Shown: positions 15,218-26,400 of the stretch, piece by piece | How positions within the stretch are numbered: the first letter of the stretch is position 1 | Layout of the letters: every line of letters starts with the position of its first letter | Source of the DNA: Holosporales bacterium | Lineage (GTDB): Bacteria > Pseudomonadota > Alphaproteobacteria > BNTO01 | Reading direction: 5' to 3' | Length of the DNA: 46,792 nucleotides | NCBI GenBank assembly: GCA_031270515.1 | Contig: JAISXM010000017.1 | Span: 1 to 46,792, forward strand | The notes under the pieces: model-generated | What the model was told of the DNA's origin: nothing | The model's input: only the letters and a program-made list of their open reading frames with translations | Database searches by the model: none | Made by a program: the position numbers and the translations under genes

Positions 15218-17200
15218 TTGGAGACAGCTTTGAGCGATACATCGAAAGTAAATATATGGCGAATTGCCAGTTTGTTCATAGTGTTTATTGGGAACAAAAC
15301 TGGAGGCGAAACTGCTGACGCGGGGGGGACTTTGTCTCGTGCTGCAAAGTTTCGTGCGGCGACTGCGCTTTTGGATTCGAAATTGCAGGAGCTTCGGAAG
15401 CAGAATGATCTCATAAAGCAATGGCAGGAAGACGAAGCGGTGCGCCAACGGGGCGATTTTTCGGTGAGCTCGAGTCGCCGCAGGGGGGGGGCTTCGCGTC
15501 GGAATAGGGACGGGACGTCGCCCGGGGATGGCGCGATGCCTACAGATGAAGCATGCGAAATTGAGGACGTGGTAGAGCGATCCGTACTTGATTTGGATGC
15601 GGCTGACCAATCCATACTTGATCCGGATGCTGTGGACACAGGAATTGGCCCGGACGCGGCTGACACAGGACTAGACCTGGATGTTGTGGAGCGATCAATA
15701 CTAGACCCGGATGCGGCTGACATTAGTGCGATTGCCGCGGATGCCGGTGCGTCTGATGACCTGACCCGTGGTGCCACAGAGCCAAATTCGCTATTAAATA
15801 CATCGGCGGCAGATGAGCAAGGACGCAACAACCTCCTCGAAGCGCCTCCCCCCGCCGCCAGGGTGCCGTTGACTCAGCGCCGCCAAATGCGATCGCAGGA
15901 GTCTATTGATCGGGCAAATCGCAGGCAGCGCCTCAACGACGAGGCGACAAGTTCGCTAGCAGATGCGGTGGCGCTGTCATCAAGGGTTAGGGAATTGCAA
16001 TCCGGTTATCCCAACATAACTCAGGGGACGGCTCTGCAATCCGGTTATCCCAGTGTCACCCAGAGTGCGGCTCTGCGAAGTGGGCGCTCTCTTGCTCGCG
16101 TGGTTGCACGCAGGGGGGCGGCGTCGGCGTCGGCGCGGGTAGCTCGCCAACTTGTGCAGGTGAGCGGCTTAGGCCAGGAAAATGTGCGCGCATTAGCCCA
16201 AACGATACTGCTCGAGCTGGAGCAAGTGCACGAGCCCTCCGCCGCCGCTACCACAGAGGCAGTTGCGGAGTGTGTATTGCGCAATTTCGTCCAGTTAATC
16301 GGAGGGGATGTGCGCGCCGCATTGAGCGACAGTACGCAAGTAGCGCATATAAATGAATTGTTCCAATATTTATTGGAGCAAGTGTTGATTGTTTTTCCTG
16401 ATGTTGAGATTGATAAAAAAGTGCTATTTATTGAGTTTTTTAAGAAATGGCAGCACCTAGTTGCAAATAAAAGGAGGGGGTTTAACCTAGATTATTCGCC
16501 AACGGCGCGCCAAGCGTATAAGTTGGAGCACGAAAGGGCGTCTGTCTTGCAGTCGGAGGATGCGCGTCGGCTACGTCAGGAGGAGCTGTCAGATCGCTGG
16601 AGGAACAGGTATGGCATGGACGCGGATCACACATCGAGCAACCCGATTGAGTCTATGCATTCGAGGATAAGCGCTATGCGGTCGAATCGTTCTTCCTTGA
16701 TTGAAAAAATCGAAATGAGGCACTCCTCGGATGAAGTGTTCTTTAAGCCTGAGGACCGGCTGTTTATTCCAAAGGGGAGGACCTTCGATCACAGAAACTT
16801 CGCAGGGAAGACGCCTATAGGCAATGCGAAGAGTAGCGAATTGAATGATGGACAAGGACAGAGGGAGGCCGCGTCGCCTCGTGGGTTGGCGCGCTCATCT
16901 GTTAATCCATCGAAGCAGGGGCTTGCATCCAAGTCCGAGGCTGTTCAAGCGAATGACGAAGTTGAGATGATTGAGGGGCAAGGTCCTCGCAACGTGGAGG
17001 GCGCGCCATATGTAAATCCGCAGCACGACGACTCTTACAATGTGGATGGAAAACCATTGTTGCGAAAAAAACGCCAATATAGCAATGAGCCAACCGAAGA
17101 CGCAGAAGAGTATACGTCCAACCCGCAATACTTAGCGGCGTCATTCACGGCTTCGCCATTTGATGATCCTGCGTTTGTAGATGTGACGTTTGCAGGATAG
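15218..17200 (+). CDS. Acidic tandem-repeat protein (660 aa), function unknown; start codon uncertain
   Basis: The long ORF starts at TTG 15218, and the first in-frame ATG is about 105 codons in. A hydrophobic N-terminal stretch (IWRIASLFIVFIG) is present. There are degenerate xxILDPDAAD repeats (15569..15760) and a 39-bp tandem LQSGYPxxTQxxA x2 (15995..16084). A G9 tract lies at 15483..15491, inside the reading frame. Confidence 0.7.
   Translation: METALSDTSKVNIWRIASLFIVFIGNKTGGETADAGGTLSRAAKFRAATALLDSKLQELRKQNDLIKQWQEDEAVRQRGDFSVSSSRRRGGASRRNRDGTSPGDGAMPTDEACEIEDVVERSVLDLDAADQSILDPDAVDTGIGPDAADTGLDLDVVERSILDPDAADISAIAADAGASDDLTRGATEPNSLLNTSAADEQGRNNLLEAPPPAARVPLTQRRQMRSQESIDRANRRQRLNDEATSSLADAVALSSRVRELQSGYPNITQGTALQSGYPSVTQSAALRSGRSLARVVARRGAASASARVARQLVQVSGLGQENVRALAQTILLELEQVHEPSAAATTEAVAECVLRNFVQLIGGDVRAALSDSTQVAHINELFQYLLEQVLIVFPDVEIDKKVLFIEFFKKWQHLVANKRRGFNLDYSPTARQAYKLEHERASVLQSEDARRLRQEELSDRWRNRYGMDADHTSSNPIESMHSRISAMRSNRSSLIEKIEMRHSSDEVFFKPEDRLFIPKGRTFDHRNFAGKTPIGNAKSSELNDGQGQREAASPRGLARSSVNPSKQGLASKSEAVQANDEVEMIEGQGPRNVEGAPYVNPQHDDSYNVDGKPLLRKKRQYSNEPTEDAEEYTSNPQYLAASFTASPFDDPAFVDVTFAG
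15483..15491 (+). repeat. Homopolymeric G9 tract inside the 660-aa ORF
   Basis: agg ggg ggg g(ct) encodes RGG(A) within SSRRRGGASRR. A second G7 tract lies at 15322-15328. Both are upstream of the first in-frame ATG. Confidence 0.9.
15569..15760 (+). repeat. Degenerate acidic tandem repeats (114-bp unit built from about 27-30-bp subrepeats)
   Basis: VVERSVLDLDAADQSILDPDAVDTGIGPDAADTGLDLD is followed by VVERSILDPDAADISAIAADAGASDD. gt(g/t)gt(a/g)gagcgatc occurs at 15569 and 15683. Confidence 0.8.
15995..16084 (+). repeat. 39-bp tandem repeat x2 plus a partial unit
   Basis: ttgcaatccggttatcccaacataactcaggggacggct (15995-16033) and ctgcaatccggttatcccagtgtcacccagagtgcggct (16034-16072), followed by ctgcgaagtggg. 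Confidence 0.85.
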
Positions 17201-17471
17201 CAGCTTCAACAAATATGTGGCATTTAACCACAGCTCATCCATCGTATAACGGGACCTCAGCCCAACGTTTAAAGTGGTCCCACGGTTCCGCCAACGTTAT
17301 GCAGCGTGCAACCATAGCTTTCCCATCGCTGTCGCGTAAGTGGACATTGAAGGCTCGCACCTCAAAAAAGTTATTATCTTAAAAAAAGCTAAATTTTTGT
17401 GTGGTGTAAAGAGTTTGTTAACACAAATGTCAGTAAAATGAAGGCGAATATGGATTAATTGTGCGAACTGC

Positions 17472-20400
17472 ATGTTCCTAGCCAAGCGCCATTTTGTTTC
17501 CCGATTTGCAGCAGTCGCCGCGTTGTGGCTAGGTTGCGACGACATTGTGCATGCGACGCTTGATTATACAACGATAGAAACTGGTATTGGAACGGTTGAT
17601 ACAATTCAACAAATGAGCGCAAAGTGGGCCCCCGGGAATCAAAGAACTTTATATAACGGGACAGGCGCAGTTTGGATCGTCGGTTCAGGTGCTCAAACGT
17701 TATTGGCCTATTCAACTGGACAAAATGACATCCCTTCTCATGAAGAGACTTATATTAGCGGTTTTGGAAAGATTAAAAAGATTGTTAATATTATTAGTCA
17801 AATTAAAGCGGGTCAATCTTTTTGGGATGTAAGTAGTTGTGCGACATCGTTGGTAGATAAGCTAGAATCAAGCAGTGTTAATAAAGTCGATTGGCCAATA
17901 ACAGCACTCCTTGGACAGATGAGAAATAATTCAAATCAAATTCAAGGATTACTTGGAGCTCCTAGTGATATTAGTGCATCTATTACATATTTTAGTTGTT
18001 TGAATACAATTATTGAAGAACTGCACAAAGCAAGGATTAAAACTGGCGAGACCACCTTTGATGGCACTGCAGATGATGATGCGGCGACCTTGTTCGCGCT
18101 TACGCAAATTGGATCCAGGGGTTATTCCCCAACCTTAGCCGGGGCGATTGCCGGCATAACCGCCACTGGCCCAACGACCGCCACCACCGTCCTGAAAGGG
18201 ACCGCATGTTGGCGCACCATATGGGGCACTGAGTCAGATACAGCGTCGCACTCCGGCTCCATGATCTCCCAGCTGCTTGCGGCGGGGGTGGGTAGCACAA
18301 CTGGCGTAGGCGGAAAGTCACTACTCGAAAATTTCAAAGAAATAGCAGCGTCGTTTGAAATAGGCAAGTTCAACGGGAACGTGAAGATGAGTGATTTCTA
18401 TAAATACATAATCCCTACAACTCCTGCAGACTATATTTTATTAGATAGACTTTCGACAGATTCAAGCAATGAGTCTTCGAGGAGTAAAATAATAGAGGCA
18501 CGCCTTAACACTTTGTCAATCCAAGAATGCTTGTTGTTTATATTGTCAGAGGAAACCGCTCCGTCCGGAACCCAAATAATGAGCAATAGTATTGCAATTG
18601 GTAAAACAGATACCGTACTCAATCATCTTACCAACCGCATTAAAACGTGTTGTGAAGCAATGCTCGGTAAATTCAAGGTCGTATGTTGCGACAACGTGTA
18701 CAAATCCCTGCGCCAATTGGGCGATGATTTGTACGCGAACACTCAATTTCTGCAAACGTTTGCGCTGGACCCTTTTACGGCAATCAGGGCGACTGACGCT
18801 ATTGTTAGCAAACAGACGGAGCTCAGCAACGCCATAAGCGCATTCAACAGTATCAAAGAGGTTGACGCGCAAAATTGCGACGACTCAGAGATCGTTAGCA
18901 AAGTTGATGCATTAGATACGATAATTAAAGCAATCAATAATGCGTTCTTTAGTACGATTTCCAAAAATGAAGTTTTGACTTCGCCTCTTAACGCGGCGCT
19001 TACGGTTCCGGTCCTATCATACGAATATTGCGTTAGCGTGCATACAATAATTACGCAACATGTCCCACAATATTTGGATATGCTTTACAGTGCGATCAAT
19101 AATATTAACACTTGGATCAATGATATAGATATTACGGCGAGTGCGGCCGATGTCATTCACGATGGTTTAGGAACATTACGCACATTTTTGCAAGCTCTGC
19201 ACGGCGTGTTTCCGGGCAGCGCGATCGTATTTAAGTCTTTTTGCAAAACCGAATACGCAGACGCATCTGGTGACCTTGAAGTTCCACCCGTTGGTCCACT
19301 TATTCCGCAATGTCGACACATTACGAACAGCAGCGATGAAATATTAAGTATAAACACAAAAATCCCGCAAATAATGGAAAGTCTGACCACGGGAATAGGT
19401 TATATTGATGCCCTGCAAACTAAGTTGCTGCACATCATTGAGCAACAACGTCTTGCGACATCGCTGCGAATATTGGACGAAAGCGTGTTTCATTTATCAC
19501 AGTTAATTGGACAGGTGGATCCAAGCACGCTGGTATATAATTCGCTGTCTGTAACCGACGTTACGCAGTGCATCTACAATATTGTACACCAAGTAATAAT
19601 TCCACCCGCGTCCGCGTTTGATTATCCCAGCGCGATCCTGGAGCTAGCCACGGCTCTGAATACGCTACTCGGCAATCCACTCAGCGGATCGTACACGGAG
19701 CCGCTGTCGTTTGACGTTGACGGTTGCGAGCCATGCACAACCATCAACAGCGTATTGCGCAATGGTATCCCTGTGTATTTGACTCAAATATTGCAATCCA
19801 TATGCAGCATTAATGATTATATTCGCACTACCCCGCCCGAGGTTATTGCGTTTGATACTGAGCGCAGGAGGGAGAGTCTCGCGGAGTTGCAGGCCTTTCT
19901 TACGGATATTCAGCCCCTGTTTGACCTAAGCATCACCGCGAGTGCGTTCTGTGAAGAGGAAGCACAATGCCTCAATTTTAGTGTGGCCCCAATAAACGCA
20001 TCGATCCTCGCCATAAAGAACGCCATGTCGCTTGGCATACAGGACATTACCTTTGTCACTCCATTTGTCGACCACCTTGCAGAGTGCAGTGCAAACGACG
20101 ACGTTCACATTGAAATATTGGGACACGTGCATGCTATTGCAGAATGCTGGAACATTATATTTACTGACGAAAATACGATGGCTCTATTTGATACATGGGA
20201 CGGTGAACAAAATGTTATGGTTGGCGTCATTGGGAAGTTGACAAGCGCTCTGTCGGCGTATCCTCTAACGCTACCGGAACATTCTGGACATATATATGAC
20301 ATCGACAGCAGTTCGTTTAGTGCGTTCGTCGGGCTGTTAGTCGAAGCACAAGGATCGCTTAGCGTACTTGCTGGCAACTATGCTCTTCCAGACACCTGGC

Positions 20401-23400
20401 ACGCTCCGTCAAACACCGCAGATTTGTGGCGAGCTATCGTGGATGAGCTATCGCAAATAAGCGTAAACATTTCCAGCTGGGGCGTGCGTATAGCCAGCAT
20501 CCGCGATTGCGTAATTCCAGTCGTGGGGGAGGCCTTTTTGGGCCTTAATGTCGCGCTGAATGACGTGCTAGCTTGCTTTGGTACGGAAGAAGATGGGCAA
20601 ATAACAATCAACCGCAGCATTTGTATACATCACAACGTTCCGCCCGCTACGTGGCCGCTGAATCAGCTGACGTCATTGGCGGCGCTGTTTGGGGACCCGG
20701 ACCCGTGTGGGGATCCTATGCATGACTGTGGTAGCGCGGCAACGAACTTGGTTGCAATTTACAATGCTCTGTCTACAGATGTTACGCCAGCCTACGTATA
20801 CAGCAAGTTCGATGAAATAATGGCGTGTTTAGATGGCATGATAACTACCCACAATCTTGGAAAACTTGCATCTGATGTATTATATGAACTAACAGGTGAA
20901 TTGAACGCACCTTCGCTATCCGCCACAGAGCTGCGTTATGGATATGCTGCATGTATGGTGAATGCGCTCGATAAAATTGTGCGCATGATTCCGTGTATAC
21001 ACAACCAATTGCAACATATAATAATGACGAAAGATGCTGATTTGTTTAGGATAGAATCGTTTAATACATTAATCGAAAAAGTCCGCGCTGTATTAGCAAT
21101 ATTAGAAGTGCGACCTTGCCCAACTGCAAGCATTGTAGAATGGAGATTTCCGCGCATTGAAAAAAAGTGGGAGGATTTTTTAGAAGCACTGCTTTTGTTA
21201 AAGGACGATATCCTGCTGAACGCATTCGTCAATGATGAGCTTGCACCAGTAGCAGGCTTGCTATCGTCCATCAACGGAAGGATCATCGTCATGGCCACCA
21301 ATGCGGTGCAGCTTGATGGGTTGACCGCGTTGTTTCATGCGATTGCATCACGCCAGCTCGCGGATACGACTGTGGAGCAAGAGCTAACGTTTTGGAATAC
21401 CCAATTGGAAACTTACGTTTCGGATGCAGGTGCAGTATTTGAGCCCATCCCCGCGTACACAACGGACGTCCGCAGCCTAGTTGAATTGCTTAACGGGTTC
21501 GTATGCCGCATGGTCGGCTCCATCTTCACGTATGCACGCCAGCTCACTGCGTCCCCTGCGTCTGTCGACAACGAGCACTATCGTGCTGACCTAATCCAGC
21601 ATCTGAACACAGTTATTAATGTGCTGCCACATTGCAAGGCGATGTTGCACAAACTGATTGATCGGTTCAAGTTGCTGAATGCACTGCATGCAGAAGGGGC
21701 AATTGACGAGCTTCATTACAACTTGCAACAGTACATGGACGCGCTTTTAGTGCCTCCAACGTGCATTGCATCCGTAAACAATGCGGTGTACTCCATCCAG
21801 CGAGTGATTGGGGCGTTTATTGACGGCAACCCTGTGGCCTTTCCTGCTATTTCGGTGTTCCCAGGGGCGCCAGAGGGATGCACGGTGATGGATTCACTGC
21901 TGCAAATGTCAAGCAACATAGAGGAGCAGGACGCGCCAACGCTGCTGCCTGCGACAATTCAACGCACATTGGAGATGTTTGCAAAGCTGCCGGAAGTGAT
22001 TTTTGATTTGCGCCTTACGTTTGGGGATGCTCCAGATTGGCTGGAGGACCTGAAACAATTTCAGTTTGACGCATTCAGGTTGCTGCGCAATATGCGCACC
22101 TCGGATGTGGCGGCGCTGTTTTGTGGATATGCATTGTATGACGACGCAATCAAAGTCATCGAAATGTATCCGCTCGAGCAACTGCACTTGACGATAAACG
22201 CAGCGATCTCGGATTACGAGAAGGCCATACATAAATGTGCGCTCTTGGACAATGTTCGCCAAACTGCACAGGCGGCGTCGACTTTGCATCAGAAGCTTGC
22301 GCTGTTGCCTCTGGCGGAAATATTAGAGCCTCCGACGACGCTTGATTCTATATTGGTGCAGGTTGAACAATGTATTGCCGCTGAACTGACGCTTGAATAC
22401 GCGCAGCAACCTGATGATATATTTTCTTATTCAGATGTAATACTCAAAATTCTCAATGAATTCTTTTTTCCTACATTTAGTGATACTGCTTATGAGGCCG
22501 CTCCTTCGTTACAGCAAATATTAGATGACGCCGCCGCATACATATTAAATATAGCCAAGTGGTTTCGTTCCTTGGCCAACCACAGCGACTGGTCGACCGT
22601 GAAGTACCACCTCCAGTTGAGCTCGCAATTGCGGACGCTGGCCCAGCTATTGCAAGGGCCTATCGCCAGCATTCCAGACGGCGCCCTCTGTAACAGGTGC
22701 AAAGTAGATGTTGGCGCTTTCTTCAATGGATACGTCCCCATGATCGGCGACATACGAGAGTCGTGCTTGGTGATTGCGGAGCGTTGCGCTGTGTGCAATG
22801 CGTGCAAGCCGCTTGTTGCGGCGGCGTCCGGGCTGGCAGCACTGGTGGAAAGCCTGGAAGCTTACAGTGCTGACTTTCCGCAGTACGACAAAATCAACAG
22901 CGTCATGAGCATCATGAGCGAGCTGAGCGCGCTACCGGAAACGCAAATGAATCTGTCGTGCGAAAACAGCGTGGGGTTCATCACGACGCTGTGCTCCAAA
23001 ATCGAGGCGATGTGCGCGGCCCTGGATCTCACGCCAAAGGTGCCGGACTTAGTGACCGGGGAGCACTACGATTGCAGCATCCTCGAGGCGATGTGCGTTC
23101 GTATGCTTAGCAGCGTCACAAAAATCGCAGACAAAATGACGGACGTCTTGTACAACGCTCAGGCGCCTCCACATGGCAACTGGGTGGCGATGGCGGAGTT
23201 GCTTCAGGGAACGTCGACTTTGGTCAGCGCAATAAAAACGGTGTTTTACAACATCCAGTATTGTGGCCTGTGTAATAGTGTGGCGTTTTCGTACATATTC
23301 GCAGATATAGAGACACAAATGGATCGCCTCGTAGATTATGTGTCACAGCTGAATGAGCAATGGAATACATATGCGGATTACAATGACAACAAACAAATAT

Positions 23401-26400
23401 TAACGAAGCTATTTAACTTTTTCGAATTACAGAATACCATCGACGGATATATAAATAGTGCAGCATCCGTTAGTGAGATGTGCAGCAGAGTTGAATCCTG
23501 GGGGCAATTTTTACGCGAATTTGAGTCACTGGAGAAAATTAAAGAAGAGTACGACTTTTTTACACTACTGCCGTACGAGTGGCTGTCTCCGCAGTTTTTG
23601 CATTCGACTCGCACTTTTCTTGCAAACTACATTAACGAGATTACATATGTCGCAACGAAGAATATTCATACGCTTCGTTTTGTGCATGATTACTTGAACA
23701 CCAATGTCACAAACATATCCCAAGAAACATTTGCTCTCGTTCGGGGCATAAAAAATGTTAAATCGAATTGGGTGCGTTTTATTGCCGCAATATCTCTGCC
23801 GCAAATAGTGACGCCCAACTCTATTCTTTTAACTTTGCCTACATCGTTCATGCAAGCATTGGAGGAAGTACTTGCCATATTTGACGAGATCGTCCGCGAT
23901 CTGTCGGAAAAACCATCAATCTGTAAGGATCGCGCATTCCACTTGTTCGACATAAACCAAGTTGTGCGTGCTATTTGTGACAAAACCTCGATTGCCGATA
24001 TTTGCAGCAACGACACCACTGACCGCGTTACTGGTATTGGCGCACTGCTGACTGCGATCGCCGACGCAACCGCTGCCGATCCCGCGCATCCGGAGCTGCC
24101 GTTTGATGCGGACTGCAGTGGCGTGGAAGTGTCGCTGAGCAACATCGTTTATGGGTTGGAGTTGATCGACGGCAACGTTAGGCACGCAAGCAAAGAAACC
24201 GATTGGTCCAGCTTAAGTCCCGACAACATCCCAGATTATCAAGCATTCGGGTCTGCGCTACACGAAATGCTTGCCGCGTTTCCGCTGAATGTGCACATGT
24301 GCGACCTTTGTAATGTTACTGCAAATGAAATATATATAGCCCGCTGCCGGGAATTAGTACGCTCAATTACAATAAACATTGTGTACATATGTGATCAGCT
24401 GAGCAAGCCATCGTACACATCCGACGCACGAGAACTTGCGGTGGTGTCGGAGTTTTGCGAACGCATGGCTGCTTTTTTTGAGTCAAAAATCGAAGACCCA
24501 GGCACCCGTGATGTTGATGCGTTTCGTTCGTTGGTTGATGTTCTGCAGACGAGCAGCGTTTTGTCCTGGGGGCAGGGGGACTTTGCGCTCCTGGAGGCGG
24601 ACATCGCAAGCATTCAAGCGAATGCATCAATCAACCTGTCCGTCGTTACATTGCCGCGCGATAGGCGCCTCGAGTGGTATCACTTAAGTTTGCTGCGCTC
24701 CTTTAATCGGATTTATGCCAGCCTTGTAAACGCAGGATTATCGCTCAACAACCACCTTGACCTGATTCACACAGGGGCCAGGTTTTCTGCATTTGCGGAA
24801 GAGCTGCACTCTGTCCTAAAGCAAGCCTGGGGCCAGCGCCCGGAGAACTCGCAGGAAGTCAGCTCGCGCAATGTATGGCCGCTGCTGAATATTATTGCGC
24901 ACATTGCAGAGGAAGGGCGTCGCTGGTTTTATGTCGCGCCCGTACAAACGTCGGAGGCGCTTGAGGATGCATGGCCCCGGATCGAACGCTTGGCACGCAA
25001 CTTAAAGGCATTGGATAACCACTTGGATGGCGGGTGGGGCGCCATAGCGGATGTGCCGGGCATTTTCGATGTGCAGGATGAAAATGCGGTTGGCGTGCTG
25101 GACGAAGTGGTTAACAACATTGCCGCGGCGCTGGTTGCGTCATCTGACATCAAGGACGTTGCGACTCATAGCATTGCGGCGCTGTTTACTCGTTACAACT
25201 TCCACTTGGGCGAAATAGTTGCGTCGTTACAGAGTATTGCGCTAAAAGTGGAGGCTGATTATTCGCACTCTATTTCGGAAAACATACGGAATTACCTGCT
25301 GTCGTATGCGCCGTTAACTATACCCGCGTTTGACGCAACAAATACGGAGCAGGTGCTTATCTCGTCAGAAACGGTCGCGCTGCTGGCTTTGTTTCGTGAT
25401 GCAACATTAAGGATAATTGATGCGCTGAATGGGAAGTGTTGCGCTCCAGAGTCGTTATATTACAGCGAGTTGGCGGATGAGTTCTACAAGGTGCGGCATT
25501 TCTTTCGCACGTTAACGGCCGAGCAACTCACGTCCGACATGCCAGAGGTTGCCGCGATTTGTGCGTACATTCAAAGCTTACCGTCCGCGGAGTACGTTGA
25601 GCACCAGGTTCAGCCCGAATTGTTGCTGCACATCAGGGCGCTGGCGTCGCACTTGTGCCCCGACGCGATTGATTTGCCAAAGCGATACACGCGGCATAAT
25701 GAACGACGAAAACAACTTGAGTTGATTAGAATACAGGAGTGTATAGATGGAATTAATCGAAAGTTATATGCGTTAATAATAGACGTTAAGCAGCGTGTCT
25801 TTACATATACGCCGGACGCAATCACCATGCTGCGGGCGTTTCAACACTTCCGCGGCGTTATGGACCGTGCGCTTCCACATGCATTGTCACATAACGACCC
25901 TACGGACTTGTTTTCGCAACCGTTGGATACGCTGCAAGAAAGGCTTGACGCTTTAGTTGACGCGCTGTTGAATTACCGCTGTTGTGTCGAATACGCCAAC
26001 AACATACTTGCACTTCTTAACGCAGTTGAAGGGGCGCAAGTTGGAATTGCCGACGCTGTACACAACAATATTGAGCACGGCATTGCGTTTGACGCCTTGT
26101 TTGCTCAGTTGGTGCACGCGTTCGAATCCGTGGTAGAGCACACGCGTTCGTTCGACACGTTGTTCGACATAGTCGGCGACCTGCAGGGCATTGTGCCGGT
26201 TGGTTACACTCGCGCGTACAGCATTCCGCAGTGTGAGGCATGGCCGTTTGCGCTGCACAAAAGTGCGGAGGCCGTGCAGAATATGTCGATGATATTCGAC
26301 GAGGTCCTTACTTATTGGGGCAATACTCCTCCGGCGTATTCGCAGGCGCTCTATGAGAATATTGTTAAACTCCAAGGATTTATACTAAACGTACGCAATA

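Noticed and set aside
15193-15831. 212-aa minus-strand ORF overlapping the acidic repeat gene
   Set aside because: It is the antisense reading of the D/A-rich repeats (which gives S/A-rich low complexity) and is much shorter than the sense ORF.
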